A stretch of DNA of 64,000 nt. Source: Rebecca billardiae RCC1528 (lineage: Eukaryota > Protista > Haptophyta). The notes below the pieces were generated by a model. That model saw only the letters and a program-made list of their open reading frames with translations. It searched no databases and was not told where the DNA came from. The stretch is from contig OZ251231.1 of the NCBI GenBank assembly GCA_965240325.2, forward strand, positions 1,178,001 through 1,242,000, in the 5' to 3' direction. This document shows, piece after piece, positions 32,368-43,096 of the stretch. The stretch's first letter is position 1; every line of letters begins with the position of its first letter. The position numbers and the translations under genes were made by a program.

Positions 32368-34549
32368 TCAGAGCACATCCATGACGAGCAGAGGCCTGCC
32401 GATGCAGCCGACAACGATTCGCGTGTCGTGACACGCCACCCGGGTGCACCGACTCATGATCGGCGCAGGCAGCACGGCTCGGAGGTTGTTGGCGAGCGCG
32501 TCCGGCTCGTCCCCGACAGGCCGCGCCTCCGGGCTGCTCCACAGCTTGACGCTGCTGTCGAAGGAGGAGGTGACGATGGTGTCCGCCGTGATCTGCACGC
32601 CGGCGATCGCGTCGTCGTGCGCGTCCACCATCGTCGCGTACGGCCCGCGCTCGAACGCGCGCAGGTCCCAGATGTTGAGCGAGCCGTCGGTCGCACCGGA
32701 GACGAGCATGTTGTCTCGCACGTCGAGCGACCAGACAGGGCTCTCGACTCCAGAGCCAGGGCCTGCTGCCACGGGCTGGTGCGCCTTGCCGGCTGCGCCG
32801 CACAACACAGGCGCACAGGGGCGCGCGCGCGCGGAGGAAGGGGGGGGAGTCAGGCGCGCGTGCGGCGCACGGGTGGGCGGGCGGGCGCGTACGCGCGGCG
32901 CGCGCGGCGCGGCGCACCGATGCGCAGGTCCCACTGCAGCACGCGCCCGTCATCGCCGCCCGTGAAGACGAGCCCGCTGCGCGCAGAGCGCGTCAGGCCG
33001 CACACGTGACCCGTGTGTGCCTCGAACGAGTGAACGCTCCGTCCGGACCAGTCCCACTGGCGCATCGAGCCGTCGAACGAGGTGGAGAGGAGGCCATTGT
33101 CGTACCCGAGCGTGCTCACGATCGGGCCCATGTGCCCGAGCATGTTGAGCAGCACGCGCGGCGAGTCTGCGCTCGACTCGGCCGAGCCGTCCAGCGGGGG
33201 CACCGCCCACACCTTCAGGATAGAGTCGAAGCCGCCGGAGACGACGCGGCGGCACTCGCGCGGCTCGAGCCACAGCGCGAGCACGCCCACGCCGTGCGAG
33301 GAGAGCGTGTACAGCACCTCGTGCGTGCACATGTCGCGCAGCTGCACCGTGCCGTCCTCGGACGACGACGCGCACACGCAGCCGTCTTCGGAGAGACACA
33401 CGCCATACACGGGGCCCTGGTGGCCGTCGACGCCGCCGAGCAGCGTCTGCGTCGCCTCGCCGCGCGCCCAGCGGCGCGCGTGCTCGAAGCGCTCGCGGTA
33501 GAGCACGCGCCAGTCACGCGCGAAAGCCGCCCCGCCATGCGCCGCGGGGGCGTCCCGCGCGCCGCCCTCCTCTGGCCCACCGAGCCGCGCGGCAGCGCCG
33601 GAGTAGTCGGCGGCGCAACGGACGCGCCACATCAGCTGCGCGCTCGCGATGCGTGCAAAGATGCGGCAGCACGAAGCGGCCGTGCCGAGCGGCTGCACGG
33701 GGAGCCAGCAGAGTACCTCGTGTACGAGGTCGTCCGTCAGCTTCGCGAGCAGCTCGCAGCCACCGGCGTCTGCGTCGGGATCGCCCTGCGACGCTGCGCG
33801 CCCGCCGCCTGTGCTGTCGTCGCCGCCCGCCGCCTCGTCGCTCCCTGCTGGCGGCAGCGCGTGCGGACGGCGTGCACGCGCCTCGTCGAGCTTCGACGCC
33901 AGCGACGTGCGCCATTCGGCCCGCTGCCGCTCGTCCACGCCCTCCGCGTCGCCCAGCTGCGCGCCGCTGCCGCGCGACGCGTCCAGGCGGCTGAGCGCGG
34001 CTCTGAACGTCTCCACCGCCGCGTCCACGAGGCCGAGCTGCAGCTGCGCGGCGCTGCGCGGCGGTGCGCGGGCGGAAGGGCGCAGACGAGAGGGCAGATG
34101 CGCTGTGCTGAGCCACACGCACGCGCCGAGGTGGCGCGGCGCACGGCTCGCTCGGCCGCGCGGCGCGCGCACCCGAGCCGATGGTGACCCTTCACGAACG
34201 ACGAGTCGAGGCTGACCGCCGCGTGCGCGTCGTCGAGGGCGTCGCGCGCGAGGCCGAGGGCAAGGTACGCGGCCGAGCGGTTGCCCAGCAGCTGCGCCTG
34301 CGTGCTCGCGCCCGCGCCACCCACGTTGAGCGCGTCCGTGTACAGCCGGACGGCGAGCGCGTATGACTGGCGCGCAAACGCCTTGTTGCCCGCCGAGCGG
34401 AGTCGCACGATGCGGCGATCGTCCAAGCGGCGCTTGACGAGCGTATAGCGCGCGACGAGGTCCTGCCGCTCCACGCAGTCCGCGTACTTCACGCCCCGCC
34501 GGTCAAGGAAGGCCTTGATCTGCGAGAGAGGCGTGACGGCCGCGGCCAT
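32368..34549 (-). CDS. SAP/HeH-like + TPR + F-box + WD40 protein; exons 34549-34173, 34053-32918, 32792-32368
   Basis: IKAFLDRRGV..CVERQDLV; TPR GNKAF..Y..A..LYT.AL and NRSAAY; F-box LTDDLVHEVLCWLP..CCR; about 7 WD repeats (GH...SEDGTV, GFDSILKVW, SFDGSMRQWD). Introns are phase-consistent. Confidence 0.85.
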
Positions 34550-34849
34550 CGTCGGCCGACTCACGTCCAAGCTCTTGCAGGAGACCGGAGGCCCCGCCCG
34601 GGCCCGGTCCGGAAGCTCGAAATCTATGATGAGTAAGTACTGGTAGATAGCCGGTATTGTAGCGGTGATCGATGACCAATTAATTTTCGCGCGTGTCTCC
34701 GACCGAATCTCCGCGGGCGAAACCGGCGTTTGTGCGTTGGTTAGCGCTGGGGCGGACGACTTCACCCTCGGCGACAGCGGCACCTCGGCGGCGCTCGCGC
34801 CGGAGCTTTTAGCAGGGCTCGACACGCTTGGAGCTCGCGTTACCCGAAC

Positions 34850-35599
34850 ATGAGCATGATGCCCGGCTCATCCCGCAAGGCCGCGGACGCGCCGGCAGGC
34901 TCTCGCAATAGCACTGCCGTCGGGTTGGCCGTCGAAAACATCTTGGCTGCTCTTCAGGAGACGAATGATCCCGAGGGGCTTGTGAAGCTCTTGCGCGAGG
35001 GCGCCATGGGATTCGATGACGCCGTGATGCGCGAGCCTTGGCGAGATGTGATGGGCAAGGAGCGCGAGCGCATTGCCAACATCGGCCTCGTGGCAGCCCT
35101 CTTCCTCACCATCTTCGTGCCTCTCGCCTTGCAGGAAGTCACCCCGATCGACGAGCCCCTGGCCAGCGGCATCAGCAGGGACGTGATGAAAACGGTGTAC
35201 CTGTGCTTCACCATGCTTGGGTCGTGCTCCTCGCTGGGGCTCACGATCTCAGACGTGCTCTACCTGGCCAACATGGGCGAAGCAGTGCGCGATCTGGACG
35301 ACTTTGTCACGTTCCATGGGAAGAACTACGTCCTCTCCATCCTCGTCCCGCTCTATATCAACATCATCTCCTTCATCGGCGCCCTCCTGACAGGGATCGC
35401 CGTCGTCCATCCAGAGCCCGCGCTCACTGTGATCCTCTGCGTGGGGCTGGCCACGATGGTTCTCTTCATCGGTCTCGTCGTCCCCATGCAGCTCAGCTAT
35501 GGTACGCTCAAGCAGAGGACGAGGCAGGGCCTTGTGGGCGCTGCGAGCAAGGGCCAGATCATCGACCAGGCCTGGGAGGTGTTCCAGTCTCGCCGCTAG
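34850..35599 (+). CDS. Four-TM membrane protein (PGG-like)
   Basis: NIGLVAALFLTI plus three further hydrophobic helices. Confidence 0.75.
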   Translation: MSMMPGSSRKAADAPAGSRNSTAVGLAVENILAALQETNDPEGLVKLLREGAMGFDDAVMREPWRDVMGKERERIANIGLVAALFLTIFVPLALQEVTPIDEPLASGISRDVMKTVYLCFTMLGSCSSLGLTISDVLYLANMGEAVRDLDDFVTFHGKNYVLSILVPLYINIISFIGALLTGIAVVHPEPALTVILCVGLATMVLFIGLVVPMQLSYGTLKQRTRQGLVGAASKGQIIDQAWEVFQSRR

Positions 35600-36038
35600 C
35601 TCCGGTCCCGGGGCTGGGGCTCCAGCTGACCGGCGGCATCGCAGGACTTTGCCAGCTACATTCCGCCAGCTAGTTCACGGTCACGCGGACAGTGAGTCGT
35701 GAGACCGATCCGTTACTAAGCTAAATACTAATACTTACGGTCTCTGACTAGCTCATGCTGGCAAATAAGTTGATTGACTCACTCCAGCAAGACTACTAAT
35801 GGTCCGCGCGGAGTGACACCGCCGCGCGGACGGGCCGGGAGACGGGCGGGAGCGTCAAGCTGTCAGCCTGTCCGAGCAGGCCGGCAGACACGGGACTCCG
35901 GACCGTTGGCACTCGCAGTACAGGCAGTAGGCTACGACTAGTACTCGAGTACTGACTCGGACTAGTGCACGTCTGGCACGACACGCAGACCGGCGGACTG
36001 GCTGAGAGTCAAGCGGACTGCCAGTAGTGTCAGGTCGA

Positions 36039-37331
36039 TCAGCTCTGCATGTGCTGCACAACGTCGAAGTCGTTGTAGTTGATGTTTGCAGCGACTACCC
36101 GCGAGCGGCAGTACGCGGCAAACGCCGTCGCGATCCGCCACACAGCGCGGCCAACGACACGCTCCTTCTCCGCCGACACGTAATGTGAAAAGCGGCTGTT
36201 GGCACCGCCCTCGAGCAAGAAGTAGTTGAAGGGGTGGTCGTGCCCGCCGAGCTTGTGGCTGATGATGTGATCGATTTGGTATCGGCAGAGCTCGTGCGCG
36301 GCGACGGGGCACTCCTCGGGGTGCCGGAAGAGCCACTCGCGCACCGCCGCGGTGCTCATCCGGCCGCCGCCAGTCTCACTCACGAGCGCAGGCACGTAGC
36401 CAAGGTATCGGCGCGCGCGCGGCAGCGCGTGGAGATCAACGCCGGTGAGCTCGGAGCTCCCCTCGGCGGCGCACTGGCTCGCCTTCTCGTCGGTGAGTGG
36501 TCTCTGCGGTGTGCGCGCCTGTGTCGCCTCGGCGGCGTTGCGCTCCGAGGCCGTCGCGATGGTTGAGAGTGGCCGCGTAAGCCGCGGTGGCGGCGGCGGC
36601 GGCGGCGAGGCGATCATAGCTGCAAGCATGGAGGCGCGCTCGGTGTTCGCCGCGCCGGCGAGCACAGCGAGCTCAATGGCCACCGGAGTCTCACACTTGA
36701 CGTTCGAGTTGGCGCTGTCGTCGCCGCTGGGCTGCCTGGCAGCGGAGTCGGCGGCCTTGGCCTCGCGAGCCGCCGCCGCCTTGCGCATGGAGCGGTACTT
36801 GTCAGAGAGCTGTATGTTGGAGCGCTCGCGCAGCGCGTCGGCGAGCGTCGCATCCGACTTGATTGCCATCCAGTTGCCCGGCCCATGCCGCTGCAGCCCC
36901 TCCGTCAGCGCGTCGACCTCTGTGGGTGTCCATGAACGGCGCGGCGTGGCGGTATGAGCGGCGCAGCCCTCGGTTGAGCGTGTCGGCGTTCGAGCTCCGT
37001 CACTCGGCCGGTCGGGCGTCTCGGCGCCACCACCGGCTGAGGTGAACGCTACGCTTTCGCTGCGCAGAAGCGAGCGCCCCTTCCGCTGCAGGTCCAGGTT
37101 CGACCTCCGGCCGAGCGTGACGCTGAACTCGGGATCTGCCTTGATACTGGCCCACACGTACACTGCGCCGCGGTGCTTGGCAAGGGCGCTCTTCAGCGCG
37201 CGCGTCTCTTCGTCAGTCCAGTTGACGCGCGGCTTGCGCGTTGACTGCCGCGCCCCGTCGACCTCAAGCGCAGCGAAGAGCGCGCTTAGCTCCTCCGCGG
37301 AGGGCGCATCGGCGCCGTCCAGGCCGGCCAT
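36039..37331 (-). CDS. Tandem telobox/TRF-type Myb protein with C-terminal HNH-type endonuclease motif
   Basis: Myb1 RVNWTDEETRAL..W..I...RSNLDLQRK; Myb2 RSWTPTEVDAL.EGL..HG.GNW..I...RSNIQLSDKYR; C-terminal QIDHII...GGHDHPFNY...AN. Confidence 0.85.
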   Translation of the reverse strand: MAGLDGADAPSAEELSALFAALEVDGARQSTRKPRVNWTDEETRALKSALAKHRGAVYVWASIKADPEFSVTLGRRSNLDLQRKGRSLLRSESVAFTSAGGGAETPDRPSDGARTPTRSTEGCAAHTATPRRSWTPTEVDALTEGLQRHGPGNWMAIKSDATLADALRERSNIQLSDKYRSMRKAAAAREAKAADSAARQPSGDDSANSNVKCETPVAIELAVLAGAANTERASMLAAMIASPPPPPPPRLTRPLSTIATASERNAAEATQARTPQRPLTDEKASQCAAEGSSELTGVDLHALPRARRYLGYVPALVSETGGGRMSTAAVREWLFRHPEECPVAAHELCRYQIDHIISHKLGGHDHPFNYFLLEGGANSRFSHYVSAEKERVVGRAVWRIATAFAAYCRSRVVAANINYNDFDVVQHMQS

Positions 37332-37474
37332 CGGCCGGGGAAAGTGAGCCCGCGCGCCGTTTCGCGGAATCGCGCCCCCCCCCCCGGCTCTGAGAAGTCT
37401 GACCGAAGAACTTCGTCAGAACAGCTGGCGTGACGGTCCTGGGTCGCGCCAGGGCGCCCGCGCTCCAAGTCGCG

Positions 37475-38347
37475 ATGCCGCCGTTCGGGGAAAGCGGGAG
37501 CAGGCTCGCGCTGACCGCGGGCGCTGCGGCCGCGGCGCTGCTCGCGGCGGGCGGCATCCGCCTCTGGCTGCGGCGCTCGCGTCAACGCGCCGAGCGCGAA
37601 TCGCTCGAGCGCCTCGCGGCGCGCCTGTCGACCTCCGTCAAGGAGCTCGAGCAGGCGGAGGCTCTGAATCTGATCAACCAGAACCTCGACGACACAGACG
37701 CGTTGGCGCTGTGCGCGCTGCTGCGCCGGCCGTCGTGCGCGCTAGAGGAGCTGTACGTGTGGAACAACAACATCTCGCACGTCGGCGTGGCGGCCATCGG
37801 CCACGTGCTCCCGCTGAACACCTCGCTGCGTGCGCTCTGGCTCTCGCGCAACGCACTGGGGGATGCTGGCGTGGTGGCGCTCGCGCGCGGGCTGCGGCGC
37901 CACCCCGCACTCACCGACCTGCGGCTGGCCGCCACCGCGATGAGTGACCACGGCGCCTGCGCGCTCGCGCGCGCGCTGGCCGGCGGCTCCCTGCCCCTCA
38001 AGGAGCTGCACCTCTCCGCTAACGCCATCGGCGACCGGGGCGCGCGTGCGCTTGCGCGCGCGCTGCTGGCTGCGCCGGACCTGCAGCTCCTCGCGCTCAA
38101 CTCGAATCGTATCGGCGAGCCCGGCGCGCGCGCGCTTGGCGGCTGCCTCCTGCGCTCCGCCGTGCGCGAGCTCTGGATCGGGCACAACCCGCTCGGCGAC
38201 GAGGGCGCGCTCGCCGTCTCAGACGGCGCGCTCGGTGGCGTCGTGGAGCGACTGTCGCTGGTCGACGTGCCGTTGAGCGAGGCGGCGCAGGCGAAGCTGC
38301 GCGAGAACCCGGTGTGGTCCAGCGGCTACCGTGCGCTGGCGCTGTGA
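37475..38347 (+). CDS. RNI-like leucine-rich repeat protein with N-terminal membrane anchor
   Basis: 28-aa LxxLxLxxNxIGDxGA repeats; hydrophobic ALTAGAAAAALLAAGGIRLWL. Confidence 0.88.
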   Translation: MPPFGESGSRLALTAGAAAAALLAAGGIRLWLRRSRQRAERESLERLAARLSTSVKELEQAEALNLINQNLDDTDALALCALLRRPSCALEELYVWNNNISHVGVAAIGHVLPLNTSLRALWLSRNALGDAGVVALARGLRRHPALTDLRLAATAMSDHGACALARALAGGSLPLKELHLSANAIGDRGARALARALLAAPDLQLLALNSNRIGEPGARALGGCLLRSAVRELWIGHNPLGDEGALAVSDGALGGVVERLSLVDVPLSEAAQAKLRENPVWSSGYRALAL

Positions 38348-38911
38348 GCGGTGCCAGGTGTGGCGGCCGAGCGCATGGCCGCCGCCCCACGCCCGCGCTG
38401 GCGCGCTGCCTGTCTGCGGAGTGGTGCCAGTCCGCGAGCGTGGACGGTGAAGGCACGCATGCTGCCGCCTGCCGCCGTGCGGGCCAGCCGTAGGCTACTG
38501 AGTGGCCATGCACGCGCGTGGCCGTCGCGGCGGCACCCCTTACTCGAGGCCATACTGGATACATGGATACTGGATACATGGATGACCCCCAGCGCCATCG
38601 ACCTCGCTGATGAGCGTGCCCTCCGTGGGTCTCAGAGTACTGTTGCCGAGCCTGATTGAGTGATTCGTGAACCGTGGCCGTCGGAACGCGACGACGGCCG
38701 AGTGCCGGCACTCGGCAGTCACAGTCGTCCGACAGGCGGCCATCGGGCCTCGGCCCGCCTCGCAGTGATTCTCACTCATTCGGCGTCTTACGACTTACCG
38801 TCGCGGGTGCTTAGCACTTAGCCATGAAAGGCTGAAAGCCATGCCCGGGCCCTGCCGGCAGTGAATTTTCTGTGAAATGGGTGCGACTCCGAGTCCGACA
38901 CTCCGTGCGTT

Positions 38912-39142
38912 ATAAGAGACGCGCGCACTCTGTACAGCTCAGGCCGCAGGCGTCCTACCTGTCACTGAGTGTAGTAGGGTCAGATGACTGTACCTGTGTC
39001 GTTAAATCATATAGAATGAGATTGACGCCGCCAACTGTCACCGCCCTGATGAAGCCGTCGCCGACGAGCCCGACGACGATGGTAGCGCCGCCTGAAGATT
39101 CGTTCAGCCGTCCGCCTGCGAGGCCTGGATGAGGGCTGCGGC
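38912..39142 (+). repeat. Degenerate, interrupted copy of the dispersed terminus element
   Basis: ataagagacgc...cagctcagg..caggcg, then gagattgacgcc...cgaggcctggatgaggg matching ~12786-12887. Confidence 0.75.
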
Positions 39143-39470
39143 CGCCTCGCGGCGCGCCAGCGCCCGTCCGGGCCGTCGTCCTCGCGACCTCGCCCCACCG
39201 TCGTCCACAAAACGTCGTCGTCCGAACTCTCCGACTGGGCGCCGATGCGACATACAGCGTTGTACCAGTATTCAGTAATCGTTGTAATCATCGTGTCGCG
39301 GGTTTCGCAAATCGAATTTCTTCAGCATCGGGCTGTGCGTGAAGAACTGCACACGTGCACACCTTCTTGGCGAAGTCATCTCAAGTTTCGATGCCGAGCG
39401 CTTGAGAGCTGCTCCTCATCGGAGTTTGCAGGGTGGCTGCCTACGGCGTCCCCGATCGACCCGGCACGGG

Positions 39471-42400
39471 ATGCTGTCCGCGCTCTTCAGCGGCCCAGTG
39501 CGTGTGGACGAGGTGTACGCGCCGCTCTTTGAGGGCAACAAGCGGCACCACGGCTGCTCAGTCACTCAGATCGAGAAGCGGGGCGTCACGCTCGCGCAGC
39601 TGCGGCGCGCGTGCAAATACACCCTAGGGCGCGCGATTGCGGAGCGGTGGACGTCAGTGGCGCCGGAGAGGCGAGGCCAGCCGCTGACGGAGGAGAATCT
39701 GACGCTGAACGACTTCGTGCAGCTGGTCGTCCTTCCCGCCACCGCCCGGCGCGACTGCTCCTTTGTCGAGCTCGTTGCAACCAAGCCGCAGCCGCCTCGC
39801 TGGCTCGTGTCGGTGTGGGGCGGGCAGCCACTGGCGGAGGTCGTCGCGTGCCTCGAGCAGCACGTGAACGACCACCGCGATCTGAGCGAGGACGACGCGT
39901 ACTGGGTGCGCCGCGCCACGCGTGCCGCTGCCGCGCCGTGCCCCGCCTCCGCCCGCCAGCGCGCAGCTGGGCCGCATACGCCCGCGAGCTCACCCCACGC
40001 CCGCGCGCACACCGCACACCGCGCGCGCGGCTCGCGGTGCGGTTGGTGCGTGCAGGTGTACGCGTGCGCGGCGAACCCGCGGGAGCAGGCCTCCGAGCTC
40101 CCGCGCGCGCTGACCGTGCGCGACCTCGCCTTCCACCGCGTCATGTCCAGCGTGGAGGGCGCGGTCACGCTGCTCGACCGGCAGGGGACGGCTCTCTCGG
40201 CGCGCGCGTGGTGCGCGCTCGAGCTGTACGAGGCGACGCACTCGCGCGGCGTCGACCTGAAGCACGAGGTGTACACCGCGGTGCAGCAGGGCGACGACGA
40301 CGACGACCAGTTCCCCGCCGACGACGCGCCGGCCGTCGGCCTGACCGACGGCTACGCTGCGTTCGACCTCGGCAGCGCCGCAACCAAGGCGCGGCGCGAG
40401 CGCGCATTCCCCGCCCTTCTTGCTTCTCGCGCGCTCGACTTTAAGCTCGAGGCGGCGCAGGCGGCGTCGGAGGAGGACCGCGAGGGGATCGTCGGGCTCG
40501 TCGGCGACGACGCCGGCCCGTTCAACTCCACCGTGCGCGCGCGCGTCGGCGCCGCCCTGCTCGTCCGATGGCTGGACGACATCGCGGCCGGCCACCGCAC
40601 CGGCATCGTTCAACTCGCGCCGAGCGCAAGTGCCGCGAGCCTGGGCGGCGGCAGCCGGCGCTCGAGCGGCGGCAGCTACGCGAGCAGCAGCGGCGGCGGC
40701 GGCGGCGGGCTCTTCACCCCGTGCGGCGCGCGCGCGCGCTCGCGGCTGCCCCCGGACGCCGCCCCGCTGCTCGGCCCGACCCTCGCCAACCTGAAGGCCT
40801 CGCACCTGCGCAAGCTCGAGGTGATCCGGGCAGACGCAGACAAGCCGGTCGGCGGCTCTCTCCTTTCGCCCAACCTGCCGAGCACGCTGGAGGAGCTCCG
40901 GCTGCGCGGCGTGAGCGCGGAGGTGGCGCACGGCGCGGCGCGGCTGCTCCGCCTCGCCGACCTCCGAGTCCTCCAGCTCCACTCGTGCGCGCTCGACGAC
41001 CGCTCCGCCGAGCAGATGGGCAAGGCGGTGCTGAACAACGGAAGCCTGCGCGAGCTCGATCTCGCGGGCAACGCGATCGGCGACGCCGGCATGCGCGCGC
41101 TCGGCGCGGGACTGCAGCGGTGCAGGCGGCTCGCGCTCGTCGACCTCTCGTGCGCGCGCGCGCGCGCATCGCGCGCCGCGCCCGTGTGCGTGGCGCCCTG
41201 CGCGCGCGCGCTGCGCTCGCTGCGGCCACACGGCTGCCGGCTGTGACGCTGCCTGTGCATACACCGCGCGCGGGCGCGCGCCGTGTGCCATCGCGCGCCG
41301 CTCGTCGGCCGCGGCGCCAGGGCGAATCGCATCTCGGACAACGGCGCCGCCGCCCTGGCGCAAGTCCTCACCGGCTGCAAAACCGTGCGCGTGCTTGACC
41401 TGAGGTGCGCGCCGAGACTGCCGCGCCGCGCGCCAAGCTCGGCCGCACTGCGCGGCGCGTGTGTCGTTCTTGCGCGCGGCTCCGGAGGGCAGGCAGAGCC
41501 CGGGGCGCCGCCGCGCGGACGCCGACCGGGCTGGCGCTGGCCTCGCCATGTGCTGCGCTGCGCGCGCGGCGATCTGTGCACTCGGCGGGGGCATGCGCCC
41601 GTCGAGCTGGATCTCACGCCCCAAGCTCCCGCCCGCCCTCCCGCCGCCCACCCGCCCGCCCGCCCGCCCGTGCGCCCCGCCCGCGCGCCCGCCTCCGCCC
41701 CGCGCGCCGCGCGCCGCGCGCCACAAGCTCCAACCGGATCGGGGACACGGGCGTGACCGCGCTGGCGCAGGGCGTGTCTGCGAGCAAGAAGCTCTTCGAG
41801 CTACAGCTGAGGTGTGCTTTGCGCGCGGCGCGGATCGCGCGGCGCACGCCGCGCACGCCGCGCGCACGCGCGAGGGCGTCCACTGGCCACCGTCTCCTCC
41901 GGCACCGGCGCGCTCGGCGCTGCCAAGCGTGTTACGCGTGTGCGAGCGTGCCGCGCCCCTGCTGCGCCGCACCGCCATGCTGCCCTGTGCGCCCACGCCG
42001 CCCGGTGCGGCGCAGCGACAACAAGCTGACAGACAGGGGCGTCGCCGCGATTGCGTCCGCGCTGACCAAGGCGAAGGCGCTGGCGATCCTCGGCCTCAGG
42101 TGAGCCACGCGCGACACGCCGTCCGCCGCCCGCGGCCGCGCGGCTGCGCAGCCGTGGCACCGCGGCCATTGATCGATCCTCGCCCCGCTGACCTCTGCCG
42201 CGCCCGCGCGCCCGCGCGAATCGGCCGCGCCGCCCAGCCACAACTCGATCGGCGACGGCGCAGCCAATGCCCTTGGAGAAGCGCTGCTCAAGCGCACCGC
42301 GCTCTCGGCTCTGTTTCTCGAGTGCGCGCCGTCGGCCGTGCCGTGCCGTGCGCGCCCCCAGCAAGCACGAGCGCCGCGCCGCGCGAGGCCGCGCGCGTCC

Positions 42401-42900
42401 AGCTGCCGTGCTGCCGTGCGCACTCGGCGCGGGCGGCACGCGCCGCACTCACGCCCCCCGCCCGCGCGCCTGCCGCCTGCCTCCACCGCCACCAGCGGCA
42501 ACCGGATCACGGACGACGGCTCGCGGCTGCTCACACGCGGCCTGGTGAAGAACCGCACGCTGCGGACGCTCTACATTCAGTGCGCGCGCCCGCGCGCCGC
42601 GTCCACGCCGCGCGTGGACGTGGGGCGTGGGCTATGCCCCCTGCCTGCCGCGAAGGGCCTGGTTGCTTGCCTGCCGCGAAGGGCCGGCTGCGATCGATCA
42701 GCACGCGCACCGCGCTGCGCTCTGACCGCCGCGGGCGCGTGCGTTCCCCTGCGCGGCGCAGGACCAACGCGCTGACTGACGAGGGGGTCATGGAGATCCG
42801 GGCGGTCTGGGATGAGACTGGCCGGAACAACATGATCAGCAATGGGCGGAGCTCCGATGCCATGCCAGCGCGCGGCGGGCAGCGGGGGCTGCTGGTGTGA
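39471..42900 (+). CDS. TIR/HET-like N-terminal domain + RNI-type LRR protein; exons 39471-39905, 40056-41149, 41321-41404, 41728-41811, 42016-42099, 42238-42321, 42496-42579, 42762-42900
   Basis: SFVEL..PRWLVSVWGGQP..YW|VYACAAN..RAWCALELY; five consecutive 84-bp exons each encode one LRR (xNxIxDxG...LxL) with GT-AG boundaries. Confidence 0.85.
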
Positions 42901-43096
42901 TAGGACGTTTGGCGATTGCCCGGGCCGGCCGTCTGCCAACTTTGCCATTGTCATCGTCCTGTTCTGTCAAAAGTCCGGGCGACTTCCGGATTCTGCTTGC
43001 GGACGATTTTCCTCGTCTGCCCTCGAGCGGCGCGGCCCCCCGACAAATCATCTCGAAACGGGCGATCCCGTCCAGGAACCGCACGACGCCCGCGAC

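Noticed and set aside
39990-42448. Multiple long overlapping ORFs in the LRR region
   Set aside because: Read-through of GC-rich introns and antisense frames of the spliced TIR-like/LRR gene
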